Below are positions 20,501 through 30,268 of a stretch of 64,000 bases of DNA, piece after piece (position 1 is the first letter of the stretch; every line of letters starts with the position of its first letter). The notes under the pieces are model-generated. The model did no database searches and was not told the DNA's origin. It was given only the letters and a program-made list of their open reading frames with translations. Origin of the DNA: Verrucomicrobiota bacterium (GTDB lineage Bacteria; Verrucomicrobiota; Verrucomicrobiia; Limisphaerales; AAA164-E04); NCBI GenBank assembly GCA_047947115.1, contig CP170459.1, positions 5,888,001 through 5,952,000 on the forward strand, in the 5' to 3' direction. The position numbers and the translations under genes are program-made.

Positions 20501-20562
20501 CCGGTCAAAAACCAACAAGCCAACCCTGCGTATCGACGGGCTATTTTCAGAAGCAACCTCAT
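17539..20562 (-). CDS. Secreted pectate-lyase-like beta-helix protein with a C-terminal DUF6298-like domain
   Basis: Signal peptide; GNRMPDFSHAGYAGG, SGVVLRGSG, beta-helix-like repeats; LWYDRRRDDHE and WDGLSKYDL in the C-terminal half. Confidence 0.7.
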   Translation of the reverse strand: MRLLLKIARRYAGLACWFLTGFAFFGTLHAAERFVDLGENGKLVYEFDDQGNRMPDFSHAGYAGGGVAIPSVSAKVLVAPLEGDNTRHIQSAIDHVSSLPMDEHGFRGAVCLTEGWFEIHGQLRIESSGVVLRGSGDGEDGTVLNAVGHSRRTLLEFNGRHTAFSGMPRSILDEYVPVNASSFTLNTVDGLSVGQSIHVRRPSPQNWIDLMGMSSVKSRPTPAWKPDTVDILWERTISGIDGNSITLDVPLTCALEKQFGGGEVIPVEARGRLRQSGVENMRFQSAWDQSNPKDEEHAWMAITLDHVEDAWVRQVTALHFVSSLVSVWETCRRISVMDCRSLKPVSEIGGYRRHAFHTAGQQTLFLRCYSEKGRHDFSTGWRAAGPNVFVHCEANNALDFSGPIESWATGVLYDNLIMDGGGLRFDNREMWDNGVGWAAGNCVAWQCSLPLMTNRKPPAAANWAIGIWAQFLGDGHWRSSNEFVDPDSLYIGQLKDRLGSESLRALESVDFVVLNAHLSDIPLWESDHTPEPDKTKPSRKLALHNGWLTVDGLLAKGRQPGIAWWRGHASSSRVEEFGINLTRFVPGRDGKGFTDDLEMLAERMSSEGAVGLRHHPGLWYDRRRDDHEMIRRIDGNVWPPFFELPWARSGQGAAWDGLSKYDLTRYNPWYFDRLKSFADLCQQQGLVFLNAMYFQHHILEAGAHWADYPWRSINNINATAFPEPPPYANRKRIFMAEDFYDVDHPVRRKLHQRFIQQCLSNLKASPNVIHLLGEEYSGPLHFMAFWLDTVGDWMREHHLDPLIGLSAPKGVQDALLNDPDRSGLVDVIDFKYWWISPKGLYAPKGGENLAPRQHERLWKGGRPKDEHLARMAAEYRSRYPGKAVISHFDQAKWAFLCAGGSMPNLPATASRELLEGIPDMRPWLADAEKNVWALWGAGSGGLVYVGEGNSFILDLTGKSGDFVIREVMLESGKVSKEVIAKAKGTGKIRIPSGERPAVYRVEAVVAQ

Positions 20563-20708
20563 TAAAAAAACAATCATCTGTGACAATCTGTTCAGCCTCC
20601 CAGCTTCAGGAAGGATGCGTCTCCCCCGGTCCATTCCGGAAAGCCTTTGATGTTCCATCACCCCAAACCCTCATTGCTGCGCTCCTGAAGGGCCCGGGAA
20701 GGACCGAT

Positions 20709-22433
20709 CTACTGGTCGAAGTTATTTGCCAGATCCGTGTAATCAACAAACTCTCTCGGATCGGTTCCATTCAGGAATTCCTCCACGTTGGCATAGCCGT
20801 CATCATCGGAATCAAGCATGGCATCCAGGGCATTCCCGGGATTCAAGCCATAGTTCTGCTCCCACGCATCAGGCAGCCCATCGGCATCCACATCCGAGTA
20901 AGGTTCACCTTTATAATCAGGATAACCTCCGACCTGACTTGGATGGGTAATGATGCCGAGAGAAATCTCATGAACCATTTTTTCGATCATGGCTTGATTG
21001 AAGTTGGGGTTTTCAAGCGATCGGGCAACATCGGGTCCGGCCTTGGCAGTTGTTTTCCCGGACCGTACCGTCTCCACTAAGCGCATGTCCACCCTATCAC
21101 GACGCGGCAACTTCGCACCGGCATTTTGCAAAACGGACTCAAAAGCTTCCTCAGCAGACTGCAGAGGGATACGAGCATAAGGGATGGGATCCACGGACCG
21201 GATGGACGGGAGCACTTCCTGAGCAGGAGCGACGGAATCCGGTTGCACGCCCCCCTTCCAATTGTCACTGGAAACCTCGGGATAGCCTTCAACAACATTC
21301 CCATCGACATAAGCTTTCCCGAAATGATCCACCACCGTCTTGCTACGTTCGGATTCAGGCTTGAGAATTCGATACGCAACCGGTTTGCCTTTGGGCGTGA
21401 CCGGGCCGGGCTTCATGTAATTGTTGATGATATTGAAAAAACTTCGGTGATCACCCCCGTCAACCGTGCGATGACGCCAGTTGAACATCACGTTGTTCGC
21501 AAAGGTAAAATCACCATACATCCCCACACTGGGATTGCGCCCGGTATTGCAGGCCCAGAGGTTGTGGTGAAAGGTGCTGTTCAATCCGCCGATCGTGCTG
21601 CCAAATGCGTGATGAAAGGTGTTCAATGCTTCGCTGAATATGGAGTTCTGAATAGTGATGTTGACGGTCGGCAGTTTCAAATCATTGGTTTCAGGGTCAT
21701 TGTCATGATCATACATGTGGCGATACATGGACATGTTTTCATCCAGCCCCCATGAAGCCGAAACATGATCGATCATGATATTGCCCACTGGATTGCCCCC
21801 TAAAGAATCATTTCGATCCCCTACCCAGGTCTCGCCTCGGCGAAAACGCATATGACGCACAATCACGTCATGCGTTTCCAGCTCGACCGTGTCGCCGGCA
21901 ATACAAACACCATCCCCGGGAGCCGTGGCTCCTGAAATGGTGATGTATGGGGCACGGATCCTGAGGACCTCCCTGAGGTGAATGATTCCCGAAACATTGA
22001 ACAACACGATTCTCGGCCCGCCCGCTTCGCAGGCTTCACGAAAGCTCCCGGGACCGCCATCCTCCAGCGTCGTCACCACATAAACCTTGCCGCCGCGCCC
22101 ACCGAAGGAATACATCCCTCCCCCCCACGCGCCCGGAAAGGATGGAATGAAGGCCTGAGGCAGGTGCTCAGGTTTCTCCGCATGAGGCAGGTAAGGTTTT
22201 CCTTTCTTCGCCCACTCCATCATGGTCGGCATGGCATTTGCAAACGCCTCATTGGAATGCCGGTCTTCCGATTCAAACTTCGACTGGGATTTGGCAGACT
22301 CTGCCTTGCTGACTCGCGGGTACTGAGCCTGAACAGTCCCTATGAAAGCCATTACTCCCAGCAGAAGGTTTAGACTCCCGGCAATAGGGCGGCATGTTTG
22401 CCTGAACAAGATGTTGGACTTGCTTATCATCAT
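20709..22433 (-). CDS. Pectate lyase (PL1-like), secreted
   Basis: PSFPGAWGGGMYSFGGRGGKVYVVT, GPGSFREA, IMIDHVSASWGLDE, RNP, C-terminal DADGLPDAWE. Confidence 0.88.
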   Translation of the reverse strand: MMISKSNILFRQTCRPIAGSLNLLLGVMAFIGTVQAQYPRVSKAESAKSQSKFESEDRHSNEAFANAMPTMMEWAKKGKPYLPHAEKPEHLPQAFIPSFPGAWGGGMYSFGGRGGKVYVVTTLEDGGPGSFREACEAGGPRIVLFNVSGIIHLREVLRIRAPYITISGATAPGDGVCIAGDTVELETHDVIVRHMRFRRGETWVGDRNDSLGGNPVGNIMIDHVSASWGLDENMSMYRHMYDHDNDPETNDLKLPTVNITIQNSIFSEALNTFHHAFGSTIGGLNSTFHHNLWACNTGRNPSVGMYGDFTFANNVMFNWRHRTVDGGDHRSFFNIINNYMKPGPVTPKGKPVAYRILKPESERSKTVVDHFGKAYVDGNVVEGYPEVSSDNWKGGVQPDSVAPAQEVLPSIRSVDPIPYARIPLQSAEEAFESVLQNAGAKLPRRDRVDMRLVETVRSGKTTAKAGPDVARSLENPNFNQAMIEKMVHEISLGIITHPSQVGGYPDYKGEPYSDVDADGLPDAWEQNYGLNPGNALDAMLDSDDDGYANVEEFLNGTDPREFVDYTDLANNFDQ

Positions 22434-22526
22434 TGGGTCGTTTATTTAGCTTCACCGGCATGTCAGTCCAGATGACTGTACAAGCCAACACAAGGCACGA
22501 GCCGGAAGTGAGCTGTACAAATCGGT

Positions 22527-22739
22527 TCACTTGACGTCATCACCATTATTTCTGGATGTCACCCAACAATAAACCAGAAAGACCTGAACCATCAAGATCG
22601 CTCCAGCCAAGATATTTTCAACCGCCCATAGGGATGAATCCTGGGACATCCCAAGGATCACCAACGCTCCGATGCTTGGAAAAAACCAAACCAAAGTCAT
22701 CGTCCTGAAAAAGGCGGGATCTTTTTGTTTCCACATCAT
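22527..22739 (-). CDS. Small two-TM membrane protein
   Basis: Two hydrophobic helices in a 70-aa ORF upstream of the lyase. Confidence 0.5.
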   Translation of the reverse strand: MMWKQKDPAFFRTMTLVWFFPSIGALVILGMSQDSSLWAVENILAGAILMVQVFLVYCWVTSRNNGDDVK

Positions 22740-22819
22740 GATGTCATCCGGAAAAGTGCTTGCACTGTTTTTGAACTTGCTTGACGGACCGGGGCAAGCA
22801 AAATCCGATCGTGAATTTT

Positions 22820-23263
22820 GTGCGCATCCTGGTGGACGGTTACAGCGTATTGCATGCCTGCCACAAAGCATTACCGAACACCAAACCCCACTCGCCCAAG
22901 GCCAGGGACTGGTTGATCCGGCAAGTCACCCTGTATCAGGATGCCATCCACGTGCCGGTGACCATTGTGTTTGACGGCATGGGATCCAAGGCTTCAAAAG
23001 AAAATCAGGAAGTGCATCCGCATGTCGAGGTCCTCTTCAGCAAGAGCAACCAAACGGCGGATGACATCATCGAACGGGTCACTCACAAATTACTGGAATA
23101 CGGCCCCGTATTGGTCGTCACCAACGATTATGCCGAGCAAAACACCATCTTTTCCATGGGAGGATCGGTGTCGTCCTGCGAACAGTTCATGGACGAAATC
23201 AAACATACCTTGAGCCAATTCGATGACGACCTTCGCAAGTTCAAAGGCAAACAACGTCGTTGA
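22820..23263 (+). CDS. NYN-domain (YacP/Rae1-like) ribonuclease
   Basis: ILVDGYS, IVFDG, FSKSNQTADDIIER, VVTND. Confidence 0.88.
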   Translation: MRILVDGYSVLHACHKALPNTKPHSPKARDWLIRQVTLYQDAIHVPVTIVFDGMGSKASKENQEVHPHVEVLFSKSNQTADDIIERVTHKLLEYGPVLVVTNDYAEQNTIFSMGGSVSSCEQFMDEIKHTLSQFDDDLRKFKGKQRR

Positions 23264-23448
23264 AACGTGGTTGACCGGTGAATGGGTCGTCAGAAGTGGA
23301 GCATGGCGCCTGAACCCGCAAAACTCGCAACCTCCATCCCCTTCTGACCTTCCCTGCAGGAATACTCAACGGTCTCGCACTTTCCGGCATCCACATGGAG
23401 TGTGAGCCGGAAGATCCGGGGAATGAAACAAAGACAACTGAGGAGTCT

Positions 23449-25188
23449 TTAATCATTCAGGCGAACAACCATGCCAAGAAACCCTGAAGCCGAAGCATCC
23501 ATCGGAACCGGACTTCGGAATTGTTTCGTCTCAAATTCACCGTTCGCCTGGGATGCTCCAATTTCGATGGCAGCGGAAGCTGATTCTGCCAAGCCTGATA
23601 AATCCGCACCATATCGAAAGGAGACTTCCGCATCACCGATAGACGCACGTAGCTGAACATCAAAGGTCAAGTAAGGACGACCATCGCCTGGCAACCCAAT
23701 GGCATCTCCGACGGCAACTTTGATGTTGCTTGCAAAGCCATCTAATTCCGCGGAAGCAAGGTTTCGGCCCAGGATGTATTCCGCAAGATTGCTGATCCCA
23801 TCAAAATCGGCATCCTGTAAGGGGCCGGCCAGTGCCGGAGGCAGATTGGCAATGGCAGCCTGAAACGTTTCAGGCAAGCCGAGCGGTCCTTCGTTACCCG
23901 TTCCTCCGTCGATCGAGTCCAGGGGCCCGATGAAAATACCCGACGATGTTCTGAAGACGATTTCATTTTCAGTCATGTGTGAAATAGATCCACCGGTGTA
24001 AGGCACGCCAAAGGTGCTTTCATCCAATTCAAGCACCTTGGTCAGCTCGCCTCCGTCATAACCTTTCCGATAGAGCGAGTTCTCACTTTTCAACAATTCA
24101 CTGTTGAAAAAATTCCCATAGAAATAAACCCCGTCATCACCGACAAAATGCGTTGCATTTAAGCTCTTGCCATCAGCGGTCTCAAATCCGACGAAAGGTT
24201 GAAAAACACTCCACTCACCATTCTGGAAGCGCAGTTCACGAGTAAAGTCTGCCACAAAAACGGACCCATCAGGCGCTAGGTCAAATTCACTGATACCCTC
24301 AACAGGCTGACCACCCACCACGTCTCCAACATTTAATAGTGTGGACAACTGGCCGTTTTGGAACGACACAAGTGTGCTGGGTTGCAAATTGAAAAGGTAA
24401 ACCGCACCATCCACACCCAACTGTGATTCGATCGAAGAATCGAAAAAGCTGTTGAAAGATTGATCCGATCCGGGGATGTTTGTTGAGCTGTCGGCGATCT
24501 TTTCTATCCCTTCCTCGGTCCAGCGGAAAACACCATTGGCACCCGTCGTGGATTCTCCTCTGAAGATCACGCTGGACCCATCCGGTGCAATGTTCAAAAC
24601 GGTTGAGAATCGCGAGAATGTTCCACCACCGGGAAATTCTGTTACGCTTTCCTGAGCGATGATCCGGACATTGTCTTGGGTGACAAGAAGGATGAAATGA
24701 GGGAAACGATCATCATAGCCAATCATAGCCAAAGTGCCATTATCCGCAGCCACTGGGAAAGAGTAGTAGAATTTCCCTGATCTGCCCTGGCCTAGCGCTT
24801 CGGTGGCAAGCGGAGCGTAGGTAACGAATCCGTTCGGGGTTAATTTCAATATCCCCCCTTCACCCCGGTTGCCGAGATCTGTCTTCCTCAATTCAACCAG
24901 AAAGACATCGTCCTCGCCGGACGCGACGTAAAACTCCGCGGCAGCCTCCGGTAGTCCGGTGAGGTCCTTTTGATTATTGTAAACCTCCTGATAACCGCTC
25001 CCGAAATCAGCCCAAATCATCCGTGTGTAAACCCCGTCAATGAAGGTGGAAAACTCGTCCACTCTGGGTTGTATGGAAAACAGAGTCCCATGAATCATCT
25101 CGTCATTGTAATTCAGCTCAAACCGTTCAAATTCAGCGTTCAACGGTAATGCAAGCAATGACAAAAACAGAACCAAGATTTACCTCAT
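23449..25188 (-). pseudogene. Secreted beta-rich surface protein with an in-frame TAA (25180-25182) in its signal peptide
   Basis: Reads MR*ILVLFLSLLALPLNAE..., then an open frame with propeller-like repeats and DADFDGISNLAEYILG near the C-terminus. The alternative TTG start at 25176 lacks the basic n-region. Confidence 0.55.
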
Positions 25189-25294
25189 ACTCATACGCAG
25201 GGACAGGGTAATTTCGTGGAGCGAAAAATCAAGCAAGAGTGGAGGAAGTTTTGAATGATGATAGATGCAAGATCTGTCAGCCTGGACGCATCCA

Positions 25295-27934
25295 TCAAAC
25301 CAGTTCCTGCCCCCCGCCGTCGGCACCTCCGCCATCGAGGTCGATGAGGATTTCGCGTGGTTCGGCCCCCTTGCCCGGCCCGACGATGCCGCGGCGTTCA
25401 AGTTCATCCATGATGCGTGCCGCCCGGGTGTAACCCAACCGCAATCGGCGTTGCATCAAAGAGACGCTGGCGCGTTGCTCGGATCGAATGACGTCGATGC
25501 ATTTTTCGATAAGTTCCTCATCTTCGTTACATTCGCTTTCTTCGGATGAAACTGTCTGTTTACTGAGTTTCTCATGGATTTCCATTTCGTAGTTGGGTTT
25601 GCCCTGAACGGCGATGTGGTCCACTACTTTCTGGATTTCCTGATCAGTGATGAGTACCCCTTGGGCACGGATGAGTTTCGCTGATCCGGGTGGCAGGTAG
25701 AGCATATCACCCTTACCTAGCAACTTGTCCGCTCCCATGGAATCCAGAATCGTACGAGAATCGATCTTGGATGCCACCTGAAAGGCGATGCGCGCAGGAA
25801 TATTTGCCTTAATGACACCAGTGATGACATCAACACTGGGACGTTGAGTTGCCACGATACAGTGAATTCCAGCGGCCCGGGCCATTTGAGTGATGCGGGC
25901 GATGGCCATTTCCACGTCAGCAGGAGCCACCAGCATCAGATCCGCCAGCTCATCAATCACCACCACGATGTAACTCAGCTTCTCGGGAATCACGATGTCC
26001 TCTTCGCGTGGTACCGCGATTTCCTCGTCGATTTCCACCGCAAATCCTTCGACATTGCCATCCTCACCGACAGGTTGATTCAAAGGCAATTCCTGCTGTT
26101 CTTTCTTCGGTTCGTCTTTGGGACGGCTATTGAAGCTGGCAATATTGCGCACACCCACTTTTGCAAAGATTTGATAGCGTTTTTCCATCTCGGAAACCAC
26201 CCATCGCAAGGCCAACACCACCTTTTTCGGGTCGGTCACCACCGGCACCACAAGATGGGGCAGGACATTGTATTGCTGCAATTCGACCACTTTGGGATCG
26301 ATCATCACCAGGCGAAGTTCCTCGGGTGAAAACCGGTAAAGCAGGGAAGCAATGATGGCATTGATGCACACTGATTTCCCTGAACCCGTGGAACCAGCAA
26401 TCAGCAAGTGAGGCATATCGGCAAGATCAGCCACAATGGGCTTGCCATAAACATCCTTGCCCAGCACCACTGGAATTCGAGCCTTGGAGTGATCCCATTC
26501 GTCCGATTCCAGCAGGTCACGCATGATGACCTTGGTTTTGACCGCATTGGGCACTTCCACCCCCACCGAACTTTTACCCGGAATGGGAGCAAGGATGTTG
26601 ATGCGCTCCGCCTTGAGGGCTGCGGTGATGTTGTTACTGAGATTGGCGATCTTCTCCAGCTTGATTCCTGGAGCCGGGTGCAATTCGTAACGGGTAATCG
26701 TGGGACCTTTGGTGATGTCTCCCAATGAAACTTCGATTCCGAATTGCCCGAGCGTATTCTGCATCAAACGTGCATTGGCGACCAGTTCTTCCTTTGAATC
26801 GGTAGGCTTCAGGTTTTTATCCGGTTCATTGAGGAATTTAACTGTGGGCAAATGATAATCTCCGATCACCGGAGGAACGGCAACGCGGATGGGCTGCTTC
26901 TTCTTGGACGGACGCCGGTAGGGCTGTGAAACGGCCTTGGGAGCGGAAGGCGGGTTGGACGGATTATCCTGATCGTCGGAACTGGATGCGGGAATCTCCT
27001 CTCCAATTCCTTCATCCTCCACGGTGCTCGATTTGCCCAGAATGTCCTCGGTGGTTGCACCTTTGACCTCGCCGGCATGTATCACATCCCCCACATGCAT
27101 CAGGGCGGGGTCTTTATCCTTTTCTTTGGATTTCTTGCCACGTTTAGCCGGCATTTCATTCCCGTTGGAAATACTCAAGTCACGAACGGTTGGCTCAGGA
27201 ACGGGCAATCCGTCCACACCCAAACCAGATTTGGCGGCTTCTTCCTGCAGTTCCCTGGCTTGCTTAGCCAGCGCCCGGGCTTTGCGATGCAGGGTACGCT
27301 CTTCCACGGAAATATCGGGATCCAAACGATCCCGCCTGTCCTTGTAGCGTTCCCACAACTCATGCAACCAAGCACTAACATCAAAGTTGGTAATCGCCAC
27401 CAAGCTGACCAGATAAAAGGTAAAGTAGATGATGATCGCCCCGGTGCGATTGAAGAAAAACACGATCATTTTGTCGTTCAGGATTTGACCGATCAAGCCC
27501 CCGGCCGAATGGGATCCAATGGTCTGCGTCAGTTTCCCCAGCGATGCATCAAAGAGATCCAGCATGCCCATGCAGGAGATGATCAGTCCAGTCGCGGCTG
27601 ATCGAGCGCGCCAGGAGTGCATCAGATACATGAGGATCGGAACAAAATGAGCAAGGCCAAAGCCCAGCAACAACACAGGGATCAGGAACGCGGCGGCTCC
27701 GAACACAAAGAACAGACCGTAACCCATGTGCGCACCAAATCGCCCGATCCAATTCTCAGGAATCGGATTGGGCGGAGCAGCGTGCTGCGGCAAGTCAGCG
27801 GGTTCGTAGGAAATCAGGGCAACCAGAAGCAACAATCCCAAACTGATGAACAGCAGGCCCAGAACATCTCCCCAACCGCGGTGACTTGTCTGCTGCTTAC
27901 TCGATCTCTTATTCGCAGACTTTTTGCGAGGCAT
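25295..27934 (-). CDS. ftsK: DNA translocase FtsK
   Basis: N-terminal TM domain, Walker A AGSTGSGKS, IDELADLM, ATQRPSVDV, gamma domain LMQRRLRLGYTRAARIMD. Confidence 0.98.
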   Translation of the reverse strand: MPRKKSANKRSSKQQTSHRGWGDVLGLLFISLGLLLLVALISYEPADLPQHAAPPNPIPENWIGRFGAHMGYGLFFVFGAAAFLIPVLLLGFGLAHFVPILMYLMHSWRARSAATGLIISCMGMLDLFDASLGKLTQTIGSHSAGGLIGQILNDKMIVFFFNRTGAIIIYFTFYLVSLVAITNFDVSAWLHELWERYKDRRDRLDPDISVEERTLHRKARALAKQARELQEEAAKSGLGVDGLPVPEPTVRDLSISNGNEMPAKRGKKSKEKDKDPALMHVGDVIHAGEVKGATTEDILGKSSTVEDEGIGEEIPASSSDDQDNPSNPPSAPKAVSQPYRRPSKKKQPIRVAVPPVIGDYHLPTVKFLNEPDKNLKPTDSKEELVANARLMQNTLGQFGIEVSLGDITKGPTITRYELHPAPGIKLEKIANLSNNITAALKAERINILAPIPGKSSVGVEVPNAVKTKVIMRDLLESDEWDHSKARIPVVLGKDVYGKPIVADLADMPHLLIAGSTGSGKSVCINAIIASLLYRFSPEELRLVMIDPKVVELQQYNVLPHLVVPVVTDPKKVVLALRWVVSEMEKRYQIFAKVGVRNIASFNSRPKDEPKKEQQELPLNQPVGEDGNVEGFAVEIDEEIAVPREEDIVIPEKLSYIVVVIDELADLMLVAPADVEMAIARITQMARAAGIHCIVATQRPSVDVITGVIKANIPARIAFQVASKIDSRTILDSMGADKLLGKGDMLYLPPGSAKLIRAQGVLITDQEIQKVVDHIAVQGKPNYEMEIHEKLSKQTVSSEESECNEDEELIEKCIDVIRSEQRASVSLMQRRLRLGYTRAARIMDELERRGIVGPGKGAEPREILIDLDGGGADGGGQELV

Positions 27935-28042
27935 GGCGGGAGCCTAATCAAGGCTCGAGGATTGAACAAATGAAATTTAGATCGAATTCGGAACGTGACT
28001 TGATCGTCGATGTATGACAGAACGAAATTAGCGCTGATTGCT

Positions 28043-28621
28043 ATGAAACGATTGCTACAATACCTTTTGGCCGCTTGGATGGTTTGCAGTTTGACCACTC
28101 GACTGGATGCCGCGGATGCTGATCAGGCGGTCATCGAAACCACGCTGGGAACTGTCACCATTGAATTCTGGAGCGATGTAGCCCCCAAATCCGTGGCGAA
28201 TTTCAAACAACTGGCGAAAGAAGGATTTTATAACGGCACCGTCTTTCACCGCATCATCCATGGCTTCCTTGCTCAAGCCGGGGACCCGCTCACCAAGGAC
28301 CCATCCAAGGAAAATCAGTGGGGAAAAGGTGGCCCAGACGTTGCCATAGACGCTGAATTCAACGGTCGCGCCCATCAGTTCGGGGTAATATCCATGGCTC
28401 CGTATAAAGCACCAAACAAATCGGGAAGCCAGTTTTTCTTTTGCCTGGGAAACGCCCCTCAACTCGACGGCAAATGCTCACCTTTCGGTAAAGTCGTTTC
28501 AGGACAAGACGTGTTAAAGAAACTCGGCGAAGTGGCAGTAAAAGCCGCTGCCAACGGTGAACGAAGCAAACCGGGAGAACGAATAGAAATAAAAAGCATC
28601 AAAATCCAGCCTGCTGAATGA
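28043..28621 (+). CDS. Cyclophilin-type peptidyl-prolyl isomerase, secreted
   Basis: APKSVANF, FYNGTVFHRII, QAGDP, GSQFF, LDGK.SPFGKV. Confidence 0.93.
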   Translation: MKRLLQYLLAAWMVCSLTTRLDAADADQAVIETTLGTVTIEFWSDVAPKSVANFKQLAKEGFYNGTVFHRIIHGFLAQAGDPLTKDPSKENQWGKGGPDVAIDAEFNGRAHQFGVISMAPYKAPNKSGSQFFFCLGNAPQLDGKCSPFGKVVSGQDVLKKLGEVAVKAAANGERSKPGERIEIKSIKIQPAE

Positions 28622-28681
28622 ATCAAGGAAACCCCACCTCCGATCTTGCTTTAGAAAAGTAAAAATATAGGATTGCCTCCG

Positions 28682-29158
28682 ATGAATTCGCCTGATGAAC
28701 TAGAAGATAGACTCAAGGGCATACTCGAGGCAGGACGCCAATATTTCAATATGGAGGCGGCGATCGTCAGCAACGTAGCCGGAGAAAGCTATAAAATCGT
28801 TATTGGAATCACTCGATTGCCGTTCTTCAAGACCGGCGATGTTTTTCGACTTTCAGAAACTTACTGTCGTGAAGTAATCCGCACGCGATCTACCATTTAC
28901 TATAATCAGGTCGGATTAATTGGCACCATGAGACTTCATCCGGCCTATCGCTCACTTCATTTGGAATCCTACATTGGCACGCCCCTTACAATGGATGGTC
29001 AACTTTGGGGGACACTCAACTTTTCTTCAATTGAAGCGAAAGAGATACGCTTTACCGATAAAGACATTGATTTCATTGAGACTTTAGCCATTAAAACTTC
29101 CAAAATCCTCAAAGATTTAAATCAAGACTCGTTCACAAGACCGGGAACACCGAACTAA
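28682..29158 (+). CDS. Stand-alone GAF domain protein
   Basis: LSETYC, HPAY, ESYIGTPL, LWGTLNFSS. Confidence 0.85.
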   Translation: MNSPDELEDRLKGILEAGRQYFNMEAAIVSNVAGESYKIVIGITRLPFFKTGDVFRLSETYCREVIRTRSTIYYNQVGLIGTMRLHPAYRSLHLESYIGTPLTMDGQLWGTLNFSSIEAKEIRFTDKDIDFIETLAIKTSKILKDLNQDSFTRPGTPN

Positions 29159-29340
29159 TCCAGAAGGGGAGCAAACCAACCTAGAACGCCATTATAGGGG
29201 CAAGTTCCTGCTTGAGCCCTCTTAAAGTCCCCAGAGCATTGAAGCTGTTTCCACGCCGCAATTGGCAAAAATTTGTACTACTGCATCCAGAAGCCACTGA
29301 GTAAATCAGACCCAAGGAACAAAAGGCGCGTTGCCAAAGG

Positions 29341-29817
29341 TCACCAAAGGAAACTGGTCTGAGTATCCAAAACCTCTTCCCCGCGCAAGAGCGTCACGCG
29401 CCAGGCAATCATTTGAGCCTCTGGATCATAAACTTTCTTGTCGAGAGTAACTCTCGTCCAAGTCCGTTTTCCCCATCTGGGTTTCTTCAGCGGAGCTGTC
29501 GCTTTGATGGTCTCTATGGAATCACCTTTCCCAAACCTCGCCTCCACACGAACTTCCACGTCCTTGCCATCAATTTCACGCAGACGCAAGTGAACATCAA
29601 AGCGCATGGTCGAGACTTCATCGGGATGGTCTTTCAAATAAGCCTGATAGGCATCCCGCTCGAACAAGCTGGGCGAAACCGCATGCAACCCATTGATATC
29701 CAACCGATAAGGTAACACTTTCAACACGCTGACAGGCGCTGCCTGCTCTTCTGCAGAAAGGAATAAACACCCCGTCGCAATCAACCAAAGGCAGCATGTC
29801 TGTAGAAATCTCACCAC
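29341..29817 (-). CDS. Secreted hypothetical protein
   Basis: Signal-peptide-like N-terminus; SPSLFERDAYQAYL; ends SFLW. Confidence 0.7.
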   Translation of the reverse strand: MVRFLQTCCLWLIATGCLFLSAEEQAAPVSVLKVLPYRLDINGLHAVSPSLFERDAYQAYLKDHPDEVSTMRFDVHLRLREIDGKDVEVRVEARFGKGDSIETIKATAPLKKPRWGKRTWTRVTLDKKVYDPEAQMIAWRVTLLRGEEVLDTQTSFLW

Positions 29818-29931
29818 GCAACACTATCGAAATCCAATGTGGATGACAACTTCGAATCCGCTGCGTTTTTTTTCAACTTCCGGTCTCAGGTAAAATTTGA
29901 TTTCAGCATTGAACGCGATTAGAGTGATCAC

Positions 29932-29971
29932 TGTCACATAATCGTGACATCCGCCATGGGCCACGCGTTGC
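29932..29971 (+). promoter_or_regulatory. Palindrome TGTCAC-N6-GTGACA followed by a candidate sigma54 -24/-12 element
   Basis: tgtcac-ataatc-gtgaca at 29932-29949; TGGGCCACGCGTTGC at 29957-29971 has GG-N10-GC spacing. Confidence 0.4.
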
Positions 29972-30026
29972 GTGAAGCCCGGAAACGGCGGATAAAAGAT
30001 GTTTAACCAAAGATATACAATAAGTT

Positions 30027-30191
30027 ATGGTAAAACCTGACTCTCATCTGTCTGAACTGGTTCACAATAATAAACATCCATTCCGACAAGTCGAAAACAG
30101 ACCGGACAAACCCCATAAACACCGTTACGAACGCAGGAAAGTAAGAGAAATCATGCGAATGAACGAATGGGAAGACGACACGTCGACGTAA
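30027..30191 (+). CDS. Small 54-aa charged protein (not in the ORF track)
   Basis: MVKPDSHLSELVHNNKHPFRQVENRPDKPHKHRYERRKVREIMRMNEWEDDTST*, located in a large intergenic gap and followed closely by a terminator. Confidence 0.65.
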   Translation: MVKPDSHLSELVHNNKHPFRQVENRPDKPHKHRYERRKVREIMRMNEWEDDTST

Positions 30192-30208
30192 ACGTTTCCA
30201 TCAAGACC

Positions 30209-30238
30209 AAAAAGGCCGCCATCCAGGCGGCCTTTTTT
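30209..30238. terminator. Bidirectional intrinsic terminator
   Basis: AAAAAGGCCGCC-atcca-GGCGGCCTTTTTT between convergent genes. Confidence 0.9.
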
Positions 30239-30268
30239 GTGATGCACATTTCAAGGTTGCCCAACCGA

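Noticed and set aside
10735..25182. Alternative genetic code explaining the in-frame TGA and TAA
   Set aside because: TGA terminates pheT and rplT and TAA terminates rpmI at their expected ends. The two interruptions also involve different stop codons.
29840..29870. TTCGAATCC resembling a tRNA T-loop
   Set aside because: No T-stem, acceptor stem or cloverleaf can be built around it.
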